NCBI GenBank assembly: GCA_963765145.1
Contig: CAVXVG010000005.1
Location: 4,007 to 68,006 of the forward strand
Reading direction: 5' to 3'
Source of the DNA: Parachlamydiales bacterium
Lineage (GTDB): Bacteria > Chlamydiota > Chlamydiia > Chlamydiales > JAJFMK01
DNA: 64,000 bases
Every line of letters begins with the position of its first letter. The first letter of the stretch is position 1. Both the position numbers and the translations under genes were made by a program. Below, piece after piece: positions 52,731 through 61,841 of this stretch. The notes beneath the pieces were generated by a model. The model did not search any database and had not been told where the DNA came from. It saw nothing but the letters and a program-made list of their open reading frames with translations.

Positions 52731-53940
52731 CTAGTATTGGAATAAGGCCGAGATGACTAAGCCTTGAAAGGAAACATCGGTTAACCGTTGTGTTACAGTA
52801 GATTTAGCAACCCCGGTTTCTTGATAGTGCACATCCATTTCAATGAAGGTGTTTTGACGGAAAAGGAGGTGCTCTTCCCATCCGGCTCTAACGGCAAAGT
52901 TATTTGCCCCCCTGAATAGCTCTCCTGACCATTCAATTCCAAAGGCCAAATCTAAAGTGGCTTTTAGGTTGTTAACCCTTCTATCTGCAAAATAATTAAC
53001 AACGTTTGGGCCGGCTATCACCCCTATGGCAGCTGGAGGAACGATCGAATTTAATGATCCTTTTAAATTCGATCTGCTATTTCCATATAGAATAGATGAG
53101 GAAATGTCTCCATAAAATCCTAAGTTACAAACAACATCCCAAGTGGTTTCAAGGCCCGCCTCTATTCCAACGCCCTTAAAGTCTGAGCATAAATCAGCAG
53201 TCATGTTGGTCGCTACGATGCTTTTCTCAGCTCCGGCTGTGAATAAGTAAGATGTACTTGCGCTAGAGTGAAGGGTTTGTTTTAAGAACATTGCCTTTAA
53301 GCCGGCGTAGGGGGCTAAGAGTGACTTTATGCCCTACATAAAATTGCCTTTGGAAAAGAAGGTCGAGTGTATTGTAGTCGACTCTCCATTGTCCATTAGC
53401 GCTGGAATCAAAGAGCAGAGAGGATGCAAAGGAGTCACTTGTAAGCGCTGAATAGAAGGAGGGGTCTTGTAAGTAACTTAATGTTGCAACCTGCATGGTG
53501 CCGGGAACTGAGGCAGAGTTGCTATTTGAACCTCCTGCACTTGCATAAGCTTTTGGACTGTGATGTAAATAGTGTGTCCAATCTAAGCTAAGGCGCCATT
53601 CGTTGCATGGATAACCTACATCTACACCTACGCGAAAACCGGCTTGCCAATCATACTTCACATCAGCTTGGGTCACTGAAAATTCATCAGATCGAAAAAA
53701 GGAGCGAGTTCCGAATGATCCAAAAGCGCCGCTATTTAATACTGTGGCAAAGGAGTTATTATCCGAATAGGGTCTCCAATACAGGAAGTCGATTCGCCCA
53801 CCAAAATTGCAGCAAGAAGCTGCGCTGATTGGAGGGTTAACCGCGTAAGGGTAACAAAGCGGGTCTTCAAGCGGCATGCAGCAAGTGCTTGCTAAAAGCG
53901 GTGTAGAGGCTAACAATGCCAATGGCAAAATTTTAAGCAT
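52731..53940 (-). pseudogene. Frameshifted member of the cysteine-rich OMP family
   Basis: ORFs 53263..53940 and 52731..53291 together align along the whole of the 53971..55191 paralog. The frame is lost at 53310-53314, where a C5 run on the coding strand corresponds to C4 in the paralog. Confidence 0.8.
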
Positions 53941-53970
53941 AAGATTCCTTTTTGTCTAAGATTGGCATTT

Positions 53971-55191
53971 TTAATATTGAAATAAGGCTGTAATAACCAG
54001 GCCTTGAAAGGAAACATCTGTCATCCGTTGCTTTACATTGGAAGTAGCAACGCCGAGACTTTCGTAATTCACATCCATTTCGATGAAGGTGTTTTGACGG
54101 AAAAGAAGGTGCTCTTCCCATCCGGCTCTAACGGCAAAGTTGCTTGCCCCGCTGAATAGCTCTCCTGACCACTCAATTCCAAAGGCCAAATCTAAAGTGG
54201 CTTTTAGGTCGTTAACTCTTCTTTCTGCAAAATAATTAACAATATAAGGAGTGGCCAACAGTGTATCGCTCGGAGGAACATTGGAATTTAATGATCCTGT
54301 TAACTTCGATTTGCTATTTCCATAGAGTATAGATGTTGAGATGTCACCATAAAACCCTAAATTACAAATAACATCCCAATTGGTTTCAAGGCCTATCTCC
54401 ACTCCAACACCTTTAAAATCGGAGCATAGATCGGCATTCATGTTGGTTGCTACGCTATGTATAGTAGCTAGGTCTACAACAGAAAATTGATAAGATGTTT
54501 CTGCATAAGAGCGAAGGTTTTGTTTTAAGAACAAAGCCTTTAAGCCTGCATAAGGGGCTAAAGTAACTTTATGTCCCACATAAAATTGCCTTTGGAAGAG
54601 AAGGTCCAGTGTATTGTAGTCGACCTTCCATTGGCCAACAGCATTGGAAGCAAAATTCATGGCAGGAGTTGTGAAAGCACTCGAAAGAGGTGCATAGAAA
54701 GAGGGATCTTGTAAGTAACTTAAGATGACAACCCGGTTTGGGGGGATTGCGGTAAGGGTGTTAAGGAATTGGCTGCCTGCATTTCCAGCGTTTACATAAG
54801 TCTTTGGTGTGTGATGCAAATAGTGTGTCCAATCTAAGCTAACGCGCCATTCGTTGCATGGATAGCCCACATCTACACCTACACGAAAACCGGCTTGCCA
54901 ATCATATTTCAGATCAACTTGGGTCACTGATAATTCGTTAGAGCGGAAAAAGCCGGCTCCTTCGAATGTTCCAAAAGCGCCGTTATTTATCACAGTTGCA
55001 AAAGAGTTGTCGTCTGAATAAGGCCTCCAATACAAAAAATCGACCCTTCCGCCAAAATTACAACAAGGGGATGAGCTCACAGGAGGATTTACCGCATAAG
55101 TGTAGCAATTGGGGTCTTCAAGAGGCATGCAGCAAGTGTTTGCTAACAGCGGTGTAGAGGCTAAAAGCGCCAAAGGGAAAGTTTTAAGCAT
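53971..55191 (-). CDS. Cysteine-rich beta-barrel outer membrane protein, family member 5
   Basis: Start taken at MLKTFPLALLASTPLLANTCC, by analogy with the pseudogene start. CCMPLEDPNCYTYAVNPP, WTHYLH, FQGLVITALFQY. Confidence 0.7.
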   Translation of the reverse strand: MLKTFPLALLASTPLLANTCCMPLEDPNCYTYAVNPPVSSSPCCNFGGRVDFLYWRPYSDDNSFATVINNGAFGTFEGAGFFRSNELSVTQVDLKYDWQAGFRVGVDVGYPCNEWRVSLDWTHYLHHTPKTYVNAGNAGSQFLNTLTAIPPNRVVILSYLQDPSFYAPLSSAFTTPAMNFASNAVGQWKVDYNTLDLLFQRQFYVGHKVTLAPYAGLKALFLKQNLRSYAETSYQFSVVDLATIHSVATNMNADLCSDFKGVGVEIGLETNWDVICNLGFYGDISTSILYGNSKSKLTGSLNSNVPPSDTLLATPYIVNYFAERRVNDLKATLDLAFGIEWSGELFSGASNFAVRAGWEEHLLFRQNTFIEMDVNYESLGVATSNVKQRMTDVSFQGLVITALFQY

Positions 55192-55347
55192 AGGGTTTCT
55201 GATTTCCAAATCTTAGAAAAATTCAATATGATGGAATGGCAGATTAAAAAACTAGCAATTCCCGTTGGAAGACAGTGCAGCACCCCGAATGGGTACCCAC
55301 ATCAATTTCCTATAAATTTAATAGGATGAATAGGAGCTTGATTATTC

Positions 55348-56148
55348 CTAAAAGGCTAAAGGGAACCGCCATTCAAGCCAAAGCTTGGTCACGTTTGTGT
55401 AGAAATTTGCGGTCCAAACAGTGCTTTCGACTACAATTCCGACTTCGGTGTCACAAATTGTTTCCCAATAGCCTGCCACCGCAGAGATAGCATAAAATTC
55501 GTAAGGTCCCCAACCTTTGTTAAAGGGCGTATTTCTGATCAGATGGCTCCCAAAAGACTCTATTCCTCTAATCCCTATCAAATAGTGACGTGCATCGTTG
55601 ATCTTTTGCTCAAAGGTACAGCCTTCTTCAAGCCAGGGCGTCCCTCTATTGGCTATGCCGAGGGAGAAAAACCCGGATAGCCTAAACCACCAATCTAAGC
55701 AGCGAGTCCACTCTTTTCCAACAGCTAGAATCGCTCTCCATTCCCATTCACCAAAATGGATTAAGGCAGGTTGCGCAAGGGCACGCCCACCCACATTAGT
55801 CACATTGAGCGATAGCATGACGCTTACCGGATCGCCGATCAAATCGTTCATCAGCAATTTAGAAAACGAAAAATCGAAACGATTATAGAGAAACGAGTCT
55901 CGATCAGTTTCTGCAAATTCGAAATCAAAACCCATTTCTAGGTCTCGATCTAATGCCAGGTCGAAATCTAAGCCCTGAATCCAGACATTGTGGGCACTTT
56001 TTTGAGGTAAATGGCCTAAATTCCAATACCCCCCATACAGTGTTGCAACAGGGAGCTTGTCAATGCCGGTCCAAGGGCTATAGACGTCTGCAGACAGAGA
56101 GGTAAGAAGTAAGGAAATGGTTAGACTTCCAAAAATCTGCATTTTTTT
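55348..56148 (-). CDS. Putative outer-membrane beta-barrel protein (unrelated family)
   Basis: Signal peptide MKKMQIFGSLTISLLLTSLSA. Alternating hydrophobic pattern and a C-terminal ...WRFPLAF. The start at 56148 avoids overlap with trxB. Confidence 0.45.
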   Translation of the reverse strand, partial: KKMQIFGSLTISLLLTSLSADVYSPWTGIDKLPVATLYGGYWNLGHLPQKSAHNVWIQGLDFDLALDRDLEMGFDFEFAETDRDSFLYNRFDFSFSKLLMNDLIGDPVSVMLSLNVTNVGGRALAQPALIHFGEWEWRAILAVGKEWTRCLDWWFRLSGFFSLGIANRGTPWLEEGCTFEQKINDARHYLIGIRGIESFGSHLIRNTPFNKGWGPYEFYAISAVAGYWETICDTEVGIVVESTVWTANFYTNVTKLWLEWRFPLAF

Positions 56149-56174
56149 CATGCAAAGCAAATTTCGAAAGAAGT

Positions 56175-57119
56175 CTATTCCCGCGCTGCAAGCCACCGTT
56201 CCGCCTCAAGTGCTGCCATACAACCTGTTCCGGCGGCGGTAATGGCTTGTCGATAGACGGAATCTTGCACATCACCTGCTGCAAAGACCCCTTCTATGTT
56301 TGTTTTTGTCGTGCCTGGAACAACTTTGATATACCCATTGGGGTATAGGTCGATTTGATTATTTAAAAAGGCTGTATTTGGAACATGTCCAACCGCAAAG
56401 AATAATCCGGAGGCTGGGTGGGTCTCGATCTGGCCAGTTTTTAAGTTTTTGATCGTGATCGATTCCATCAATTTAGTGCCGGCAACCTTTTCGACAACTG
56501 AATCCCAAACAATTTCTAATTTAGGGTGGGACAGCGCCCTTTTGGCCATGATTTTTGAAGCGCGGAGCTCGTCACGTCTGTGGACTAAATAAACACGGCT
56601 TGCATAGTGGGTTAAAAAGAGGGCCTCTTCAACAGCAGAATCACCACCCCCGATCACATAAAGGGGTTTGTTTCTGAAAAATGGGTTGGCACCGTCGCAA
56701 ACAGCACAAGCGCTGACACCCTTATTCCAATATTCTGCATCTCCGGTTCCCGGAACATCGAGCCTTTTTGCAGTGGCGCCTGTTGCGATGATCACACATT
56801 CGGCAAGATAGGTTTGTTTAGCGATCACTTCAAAGGGGTGTTTGCCAGTCAGATTGCAGGCTGTCACATCTTCTTGCAAAAAACGGGCGCCAAAACGTTC
56901 GGCCTGTTTTTTGAAAATCTCCATCAAGTCAGGACCTGTAATTCCGTTTGGAAAGCCGGGATAATTTTCTACTTCGGTGGTGGTCATGAGTTGGCCTCCA
57001 GCAGGGCCAGAGTAAAAACCTTCAAACATGAGAGGGTTCATGTTCGCTCTTGCGGCATAAAGGGCAGCTGTATAACCGGCAGGACCCGAGCCAATGATGA
57101 TCACTTTTTCTTTATTCAT
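56175..57119 (-). CDS. trxB: Thioredoxin-disulfide reductase
   Basis: IIIGSGPAGYTAALYAAR, redox site CAVCDG, GGGDSAVEEALFL. Confidence 0.93.
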   Translation of the reverse strand: MNKEKVIIIGSGPAGYTAALYAARANMNPLMFEGFYSGPAGGQLMTTTEVENYPGFPNGITGPDLMEIFKKQAERFGARFLQEDVTACNLTGKHPFEVIAKQTYLAECVIIATGATAKRLDVPGTGDAEYWNKGVSACAVCDGANPFFRNKPLYVIGGGDSAVEEALFLTHYASRVYLVHRRDELRASKIMAKRALSHPKLEIVWDSVVEKVAGTKLMESITIKNLKTGQIETHPASGLFFAVGHVPNTAFLNNQIDLYPNGYIKVVPGTTKTNIEGVFAAGDVQDSVYRQAITAAGTGCMAALEAERWLAARE

Positions 57120-57196
57120 AATTCTAATTATAAAGGCTGATCAGCTATTCCCGCTAGCCTCAATTACTCGAAGAGGTGTCAAGGATTGTGAAAAAA

Positions 57197-57205
57197 TGGT
57201 ACAAT
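57197..57205 (+). promoter_or_regulatory. Possible extended -10 promoter element upstream of the symporter gene
   Basis: tggtacaat (TGn + TACAAT) lies 32 nt before the ATG. No convincing -35 element. Confidence 0.25.
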
Positions 57206-57236
57206 ATAGTGATTGTAACTGTATGAGAGAATCTGC

Positions 57237-58676
57237 ATGATTTCCGGTCGGCTTTTAGCCTTCCTTATTTACTTCGCCATCCTATTGACGATTGGTTTGG
57301 TTTCAAGACGTCGGATGAAAAATGACGCCGATTTCGTCATGGGAAACCGGAAGGTTAACTTCTGGTTAACGGCATTATCTGCCCAATCAAGTGACATGAG
57401 CGCTTGGTTATTTATGGGTTTTCCCGGCATCGTTTTTGCTCGTGGAATGCCGGAAGCTTGGATAGCCTTAGGGCTTGTGGGTGGGATGTTCGCCAACTGG
57501 AAGCTTGTGGCTCCAAGACTGCGTCGTATGACTGAAAGCTACGACAGCTACACACTGTCTACCTTCTTTGAAAGACGCTTCAACGATCATTCGGGTATTA
57601 TCCGTGTTTTGACAGGTCTTTTAGCCCTTCTTTTCTTAACGGCCTATCTTACAGCTCTTGTGATTGCAATGGGCAAAGTTGTCTCGTCCCTATTCCCAAT
57701 CTCTTATGCAGCCGGCATCTTGATTTCGATGCCGATTCTGATTTTCTATGTTTTCATCGGTGGTTTTTTGACAGTTGCATGGATGGACTGTTTCCAAGCC
57801 ATTTTTCTTATTTGCGTTGTTTTGTTTGTCCCTTACATTGCCTACGATGCGATTGGTGGTGCAGCTGCCATTGCACACGTTGCCGCTGCAAAACATATCT
57901 CTATTTCCCTCTTTCACCAAGATTGGATGTTGATGCTGCCCGCTCTTTTATACGGGTTGGGATGGGGAATGGGCTATTTTGGCCAGCCCCATATCATCAC
58001 AAAATTCATGGGGGTTACATCTCCAAACGATCTTAAAAAATCGATGATTTTGGGGATGAGTTGGCAGATTGTGGCTTTAAGCGCCGCTGTTTTTATTGGT
58101 TTGATCGGGATTGCCTATTTCCCTGATGGGCTTTACAACCATGAAATGGTCTTTGTCGAAATGGTGAAGATCCTTTTCAACCCATTTGTTGCCTCATTCT
58201 TGTTGTGCGCTGTCATTGCTGCCAATATGTCGACGATGGATTCGATGGTGCTGGTTGCAGGTTCCATTTTCTCTGAAGACATAGTTCGCAAAATGACAAA
58301 GAAGCCGCTTGGCCCTAAAGCGCTTTTGGTCATGGCGCGCATTGGCGTCGTTTTGTTCCCATTGATTGCGATGATCATTGCGTTCTTTTATGAAAATGGG
58401 CTTATTTTGGATATGGTTGGATATGCTTGGGCAGGTCTTGGCGCTACATTTGGCCCCATCGTTTTTGCAGCCCTTTATTCAAAAGTGATCAACAAGTATG
58501 GTGTGATTAGTGGGGTAGCAGTAGGAGGAGCCGTTGCGGCGACATGGCCCTTATACGGTTTATATTTAATACCCATACCATTATTGCCTATAATTCCAGG
58601 CTTCATTGCTTCTTCGGTTGTGATGTATGTGGTTTCGTTTCTAACTCGCCAAAAGGAGCATGAACATGTGTCCTAA
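57237..58676 (+). CDS. Sodium:solute symporter family transporter (PutP/PanF-like)
   Basis: About 13 TM segments with an SSS-family layout. Substrate not assignable from sequence alone. Confidence 0.75.
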   Translation: MISGRLLAFLIYFAILLTIGLVSRRRMKNDADFVMGNRKVNFWLTALSAQSSDMSAWLFMGFPGIVFARGMPEAWIALGLVGGMFANWKLVAPRLRRMTESYDSYTLSTFFERRFNDHSGIIRVLTGLLALLFLTAYLTALVIAMGKVVSSLFPISYAAGILISMPILIFYVFIGGFLTVAWMDCFQAIFLICVVLFVPYIAYDAIGGAAAIAHVAAAKHISISLFHQDWMLMLPALLYGLGWGMGYFGQPHIITKFMGVTSPNDLKKSMILGMSWQIVALSAAVFIGLIGIAYFPDGLYNHEMVFVEMVKILFNPFVASFLLCAVIAANMSTMDSMVLVAGSIFSEDIVRKMTKKPLGPKALLVMARIGVVLFPLIAMIIAFFYENGLILDMVGYAWAGLGATFGPIVFAALYSKVINKYGVISGVAVGGAVAATWPLYGLYLIPIPLLPIIPGFIASSVVMYVVSFLTRQKEHEHVS

Positions 58677-58881
58677 AATGGATGAAAAAGCACTTTTAGA
58701 ACTGTTTGCCTCCTTTGTTCACGAACATGAAAAAGAAGATCAAAACACTAAAGCTGAAGAGCTTAAAAACAAAATCCGCAAAAAGATGGACCCATTCTCT
58801 GCCCGCTTTGCCTCCGGCGCCCAAGAATTATTGAAGTCGTTAGAAGCTACATCCGCCACATAGCTGCACATCTCTGCTTCT

Positions 58882-59805
58882 CTAAATTTCGTTGAAACAT
58901 ACGGACGGATCCCACTCTTCTGCAAGAGGAGGAGGGCTTGGGGGCAAGATCTCTCCATAATAATCCATTTCATTGTCTATCGCAGGAGATTGTAGATTAG
59001 ATGGATATGTGTTCTCTTGGTCTGAAGGTAAGTGTTCATACGGTGAGGTAACTAGGTCTTCGAGAGTATTTGACGGTACTCTTGGAAGAGGGTTTGCTAG
59101 GGAAGAGGGAATGGCGGTGTGCTTTTTTTGCAAATCATCCATTATTGGAAGGCAGATTTTGGAGATTTTTTGAGTATCGCTATTAGGATTCCTATGAGAC
59201 TTTTTTTTGGAAGTGTTGCGGTGATGGGGGCGTGTTTTGGCTTGCGCTCTTAGTATTCTTTGGTAACATGCATCACAGATTTTAGCAGTCGTATCTTTAG
59301 GGTTGGAATGCCAGCGGTGAGTGTTAGCAGTGCGTGAGCAGGTGGAACACGCCACTTTGGGTTGGGCTCTCCTTATTCTTTCATAGCATGTGTGACAGAC
59401 TTTAGCAGTCCTATCTTGAGGGTTGGGACGCCAGTAGCGAGAGTGTGTGTTTGAGCAGTTGGAACACGCTTCAGGCTTCGGTAGAAATTTAGGCCCACGT
59501 TTATTAGGAGCTTTAGCCAACGAAACGGGCTGTTTACTTTCGCTACTATTTTGAACCGGATTTTCGTGAAGAGGTCGCGGTTGATCTTTAGTAACTTCAA
59601 CATGTGAAATAGTTGGTTTACCACGACGTTCTGCGAATGTTTTAGCGTCAAAAACTTTTACAACAATGTTTGCACTTCTTTGTGCAACGGACTGATGACT
59701 TTCGGCACTTGCTGTATTTCTGTATTTTGGTGGAAGTCGAAATTCGTCTGAGATCGCAGGAAATTTGAAACTAATTTTGCTGCCAAATGTTGTGTTTAAT
59801 AACAT
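58882..59805 (-). CDS. Protein with two tandem GATA-like C4 zinc fingers
   Basis: CSNCSNTHSRYWRPNPQDRTAKVCHTCYERIRR and CSTCSRTANTHRWHSNPKDTTAKICDACYQRILR (residues about 114-180, nt 59266-59466). Basic tract after finger 2. AT-rich flanks. Confidence 0.6.
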   Translation of the reverse strand: MLLNTTFGSKISFKFPAISDEFRLPPKYRNTASAESHQSVAQRSANIVVKVFDAKTFAERRGKPTISHVEVTKDQPRPLHENPVQNSSESKQPVSLAKAPNKRGPKFLPKPEACSNCSNTHSRYWRPNPQDRTAKVCHTCYERIRRAQPKVACSTCSRTANTHRWHSNPKDTTAKICDACYQRILRAQAKTRPHHRNTSKKKSHRNPNSDTQKISKICLPIMDDLQKKHTAIPSSLANPLPRVPSNTLEDLVTSPYEHLPSDQENTYPSNLQSPAIDNEMDYYGEILPPSPPPLAEEWDPSVCFNEI

Positions 59806-59886
59806 GAAAATACCTAAACAAATAATGTTATATTATTTTACTGTTTTTTTGTGATATTTTCTATTAAATATTGTTGAAATATTAAT

Positions 59887-60750
59887 TTATCTGCGGACTG
59901 TCCACCAAACTTTGATGGTGGAGGGGAGAAGGGCTTTTCCTGCAACTTCAGTTTCTAATAATAATAAGATCGTGGCGTAGGCATCGGCCTCTTCTGCAGT
60001 TGGAGCTAAGACCGAAACGCTAGTAACATGTCCTGACTTTTGTTCTAAAAATCTTCTTTCAAGTGGGTTATAAAGATGAAAGAAGGTTTTTTCTTCTTCT
60101 TTCCAAAATTGTTGGTAGTCACCACTTGTGGCAAGCCCCCCCTCCCAAACATCGAGAATTTCATCTTGCCCATAGAGAGCAATTCTCCAGGGGGCTTCTT
60201 CCTTGCTTTTGGTTGAAAAGGCAAAATCACCCCCCCATTCTACCAAGACCGATGGAAACCCAAGTTGATTCATGGCTTTCAGCAGGGTGTCAATGGTAGT
60301 TCCTTTGGCAATTCCACCAAGGTCAAGTGTGAGTGGCAGCGTCTTGATGATAGCATCAGCTTCAAAGTGTAAAGTATTCCATCCGTCGGTTTTTAATGAG
60401 GGGTCAAAAATCCCTTTAGATAGTTTTACAAAGGCATCAGTCCTTTGTAAAAGGGATAACAAGGATGGAGAGGGGTGGAAAGGAACATTTGCCGGCCAAC
60501 TATTTAAAGCAGAAAGCTCTGAATCGGGGTTGAATTTGTTAAAAACCCGATGAGTTTCAAGGAAAATAGCCTCGATTCTATCTTCAATGGTTTGCTTTTC
60601 TTCTTCCGACAATTGTTTTCTGATCGCAACCTGGTAGGGCATGGTCATGGCAATGCCGGTAAAAACCACTTTGGGTTCAGGAAGCGTTTCCTGGCAGCCC
60701 GGAATGAGCAGTAAAAGGCTTAAGAAGTGTGATAGACAAAGCTTTTCCAT
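59887..60750 (-). CDS. apbE: FAD:protein FMN transferase (ApbE family lipoprotein)
   Basis: Lipobox LLLIPGC. MTMPYQV, DLGGIAKG, ATSGDY and HLYNP. Confidence 0.85.
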   Translation of the reverse strand: MEKLCLSHFLSLLLLIPGCQETLPEPKVVFTGIAMTMPYQVAIRKQLSEEEKQTIEDRIEAIFLETHRVFNKFNPDSELSALNSWPANVPFHPSPSLLSLLQRTDAFVKLSKGIFDPSLKTDGWNTLHFEADAIIKTLPLTLDLGGIAKGTTIDTLLKAMNQLGFPSVLVEWGGDFAFSTKSKEEAPWRIALYGQDEILDVWEGGLATSGDYQQFWKEEEKTFFHLYNPLERRFLEQKSGHVTSVSVLAPTAEEADAYATILLLLETEVAGKALLPSTIKVWWTVRR

Positions 60751-61598
60751 GTATTTTCCAATAGCATTGCAATGGTCATCGGCCCAACACCGCCGGGAAC
60801 AGGGGTGATATAGCTGGCGTGGCCGATCAGCTCTTCAAAAAAGACATCGCCGACAATTTCTTGTCGTCCATCGAGCAAGTTGACCCGTTTGGTGATGCCA
60901 ACATCCACAACAATGGCCCCTTTCTTCACCATATCGCGGCGGATAATGTGGGGTTGCCCTGCAGCAACGATGAGTATGTCTGCATGTCGAGTGATAGAGG
61001 CTAAATCGGGAAAAGCACGGTGCAAAACAGTCACGGTGGCATCAAAACCTGGAACTGTTTGCATCAGTAAGGCTGCCATTGGCTTTCCAACGATGTTGCT
61101 GCGGCCAAAAATGACCACATGCTTACCCGAAACAGACAAGCCATAGGTGTCGAGCAACCTCTTGATTCCAAGGGGAGTGCAGGGGATCAACCCTGTCAGG
61201 TTTCCGCATAGCAGATTGCCCTGGTTAAGAGGATGTAATCCATCGACATCTTTATGTGGGTCGATCCAAGATGCAACCTCTACAGGGTTAAAGTGAGGAG
61301 GGAGTGGAAGCTGAACTAAAATTCCATCAACGCTAGGGTCATGATTCAACCGGTCGATGAGGGCAAATAAAGTTTCTTTGGAAGTGGAGTGGTTCAATAA
61401 AAACTGTGTTGAATGGATACCGACTCGCTCGCAAGCGGCGATTTTTCGTCCCACATACACATGCGACGGAGGGTGATCGCCTGCTAAAATGACGGCAAGG
61501 CCCGGCCTTCGCCCACCACCTAGTTGGGCAATCATCAAGGCTAGCTCCTCTTCGATGAGGGCTGCAATTTTTTTTCCGTCTAGAAGACAGGTATCCAT
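60720..61598 (-). CDS. folD: Bifunctional methylenetetrahydrofolate dehydrogenase/cyclohydrolase
   Basis: PGLAVILAGDHPPSHVYV, VQLPLP, VVIFGRSNIVGKPMAALL, TPVPGGVGPMTIAML. Confidence 0.93.
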   Translation of the reverse strand: MDTCLLDGKKIAALIEEELALMIAQLGGGRRPGLAVILAGDHPPSHVYVGRKIAACERVGIHSTQFLLNHSTSKETLFALIDRLNHDPSVDGILVQLPLPPHFNPVEVASWIDPHKDVDGLHPLNQGNLLCGNLTGLIPCTPLGIKRLLDTYGLSVSGKHVVIFGRSNIVGKPMAALLMQTVPGFDATVTVLHRAFPDLASITRHADILIVAAGQPHIIRRDMVKKGAIVVDVGITKRVNLLDGRQEIVGDVFFEELIGHASYITPVPGGVGPMTIAMLLENTWKSFVYHTS

Positions 61599-61750
61599 CC
61601 CATCAGTTTACAGCAGATAGGAGTTCAATGGAATTTCCTTGGAAAGAAATACGAAAGCCTTCAAAGCCCGAGGCCCCAGTAAAACTCCTGAAAGGAGTTC
61701 CGGATTGTAGCCCAGAGTAAACGAAGTGTAACTCTGGGTGAGTTGGCACA

Positions 61751-61781
61751 TAAAAAACGGCACCCACGAATGTGGGTGCCG
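61751..61781 (-). terminator. Intrinsic terminator after the vWA gene
   Basis: On the minus strand: cggcacccac-attc-gtgggtgccg followed by tttttta. Confidence 0.7.
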
Positions 61782-61841
61782 CTCTAAACACTTCGCAAGA
61801 AGAGAAGTTTTGAAGGGTTAGCTTCGGTTAACCCTTAAAAC

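Noticed and set aside
58660-58863. A 67-aa ORF overlapping the end of the symporter gene (MDEKALLELFASFVHEHEKE... from the ATG at 58678).
   Set aside because: It is plausible as a small protein but has no motif, no clear RBS and no comparative support available. It is not reported as a feature.
61599-61750. A specific call of a ZTP or THF riboswitch upstream of folD.
   Set aside because: I could not find the conserved ZTP (pfl) or THF core sequences by eye. It is kept only as an unclassified structured leader in the findings.
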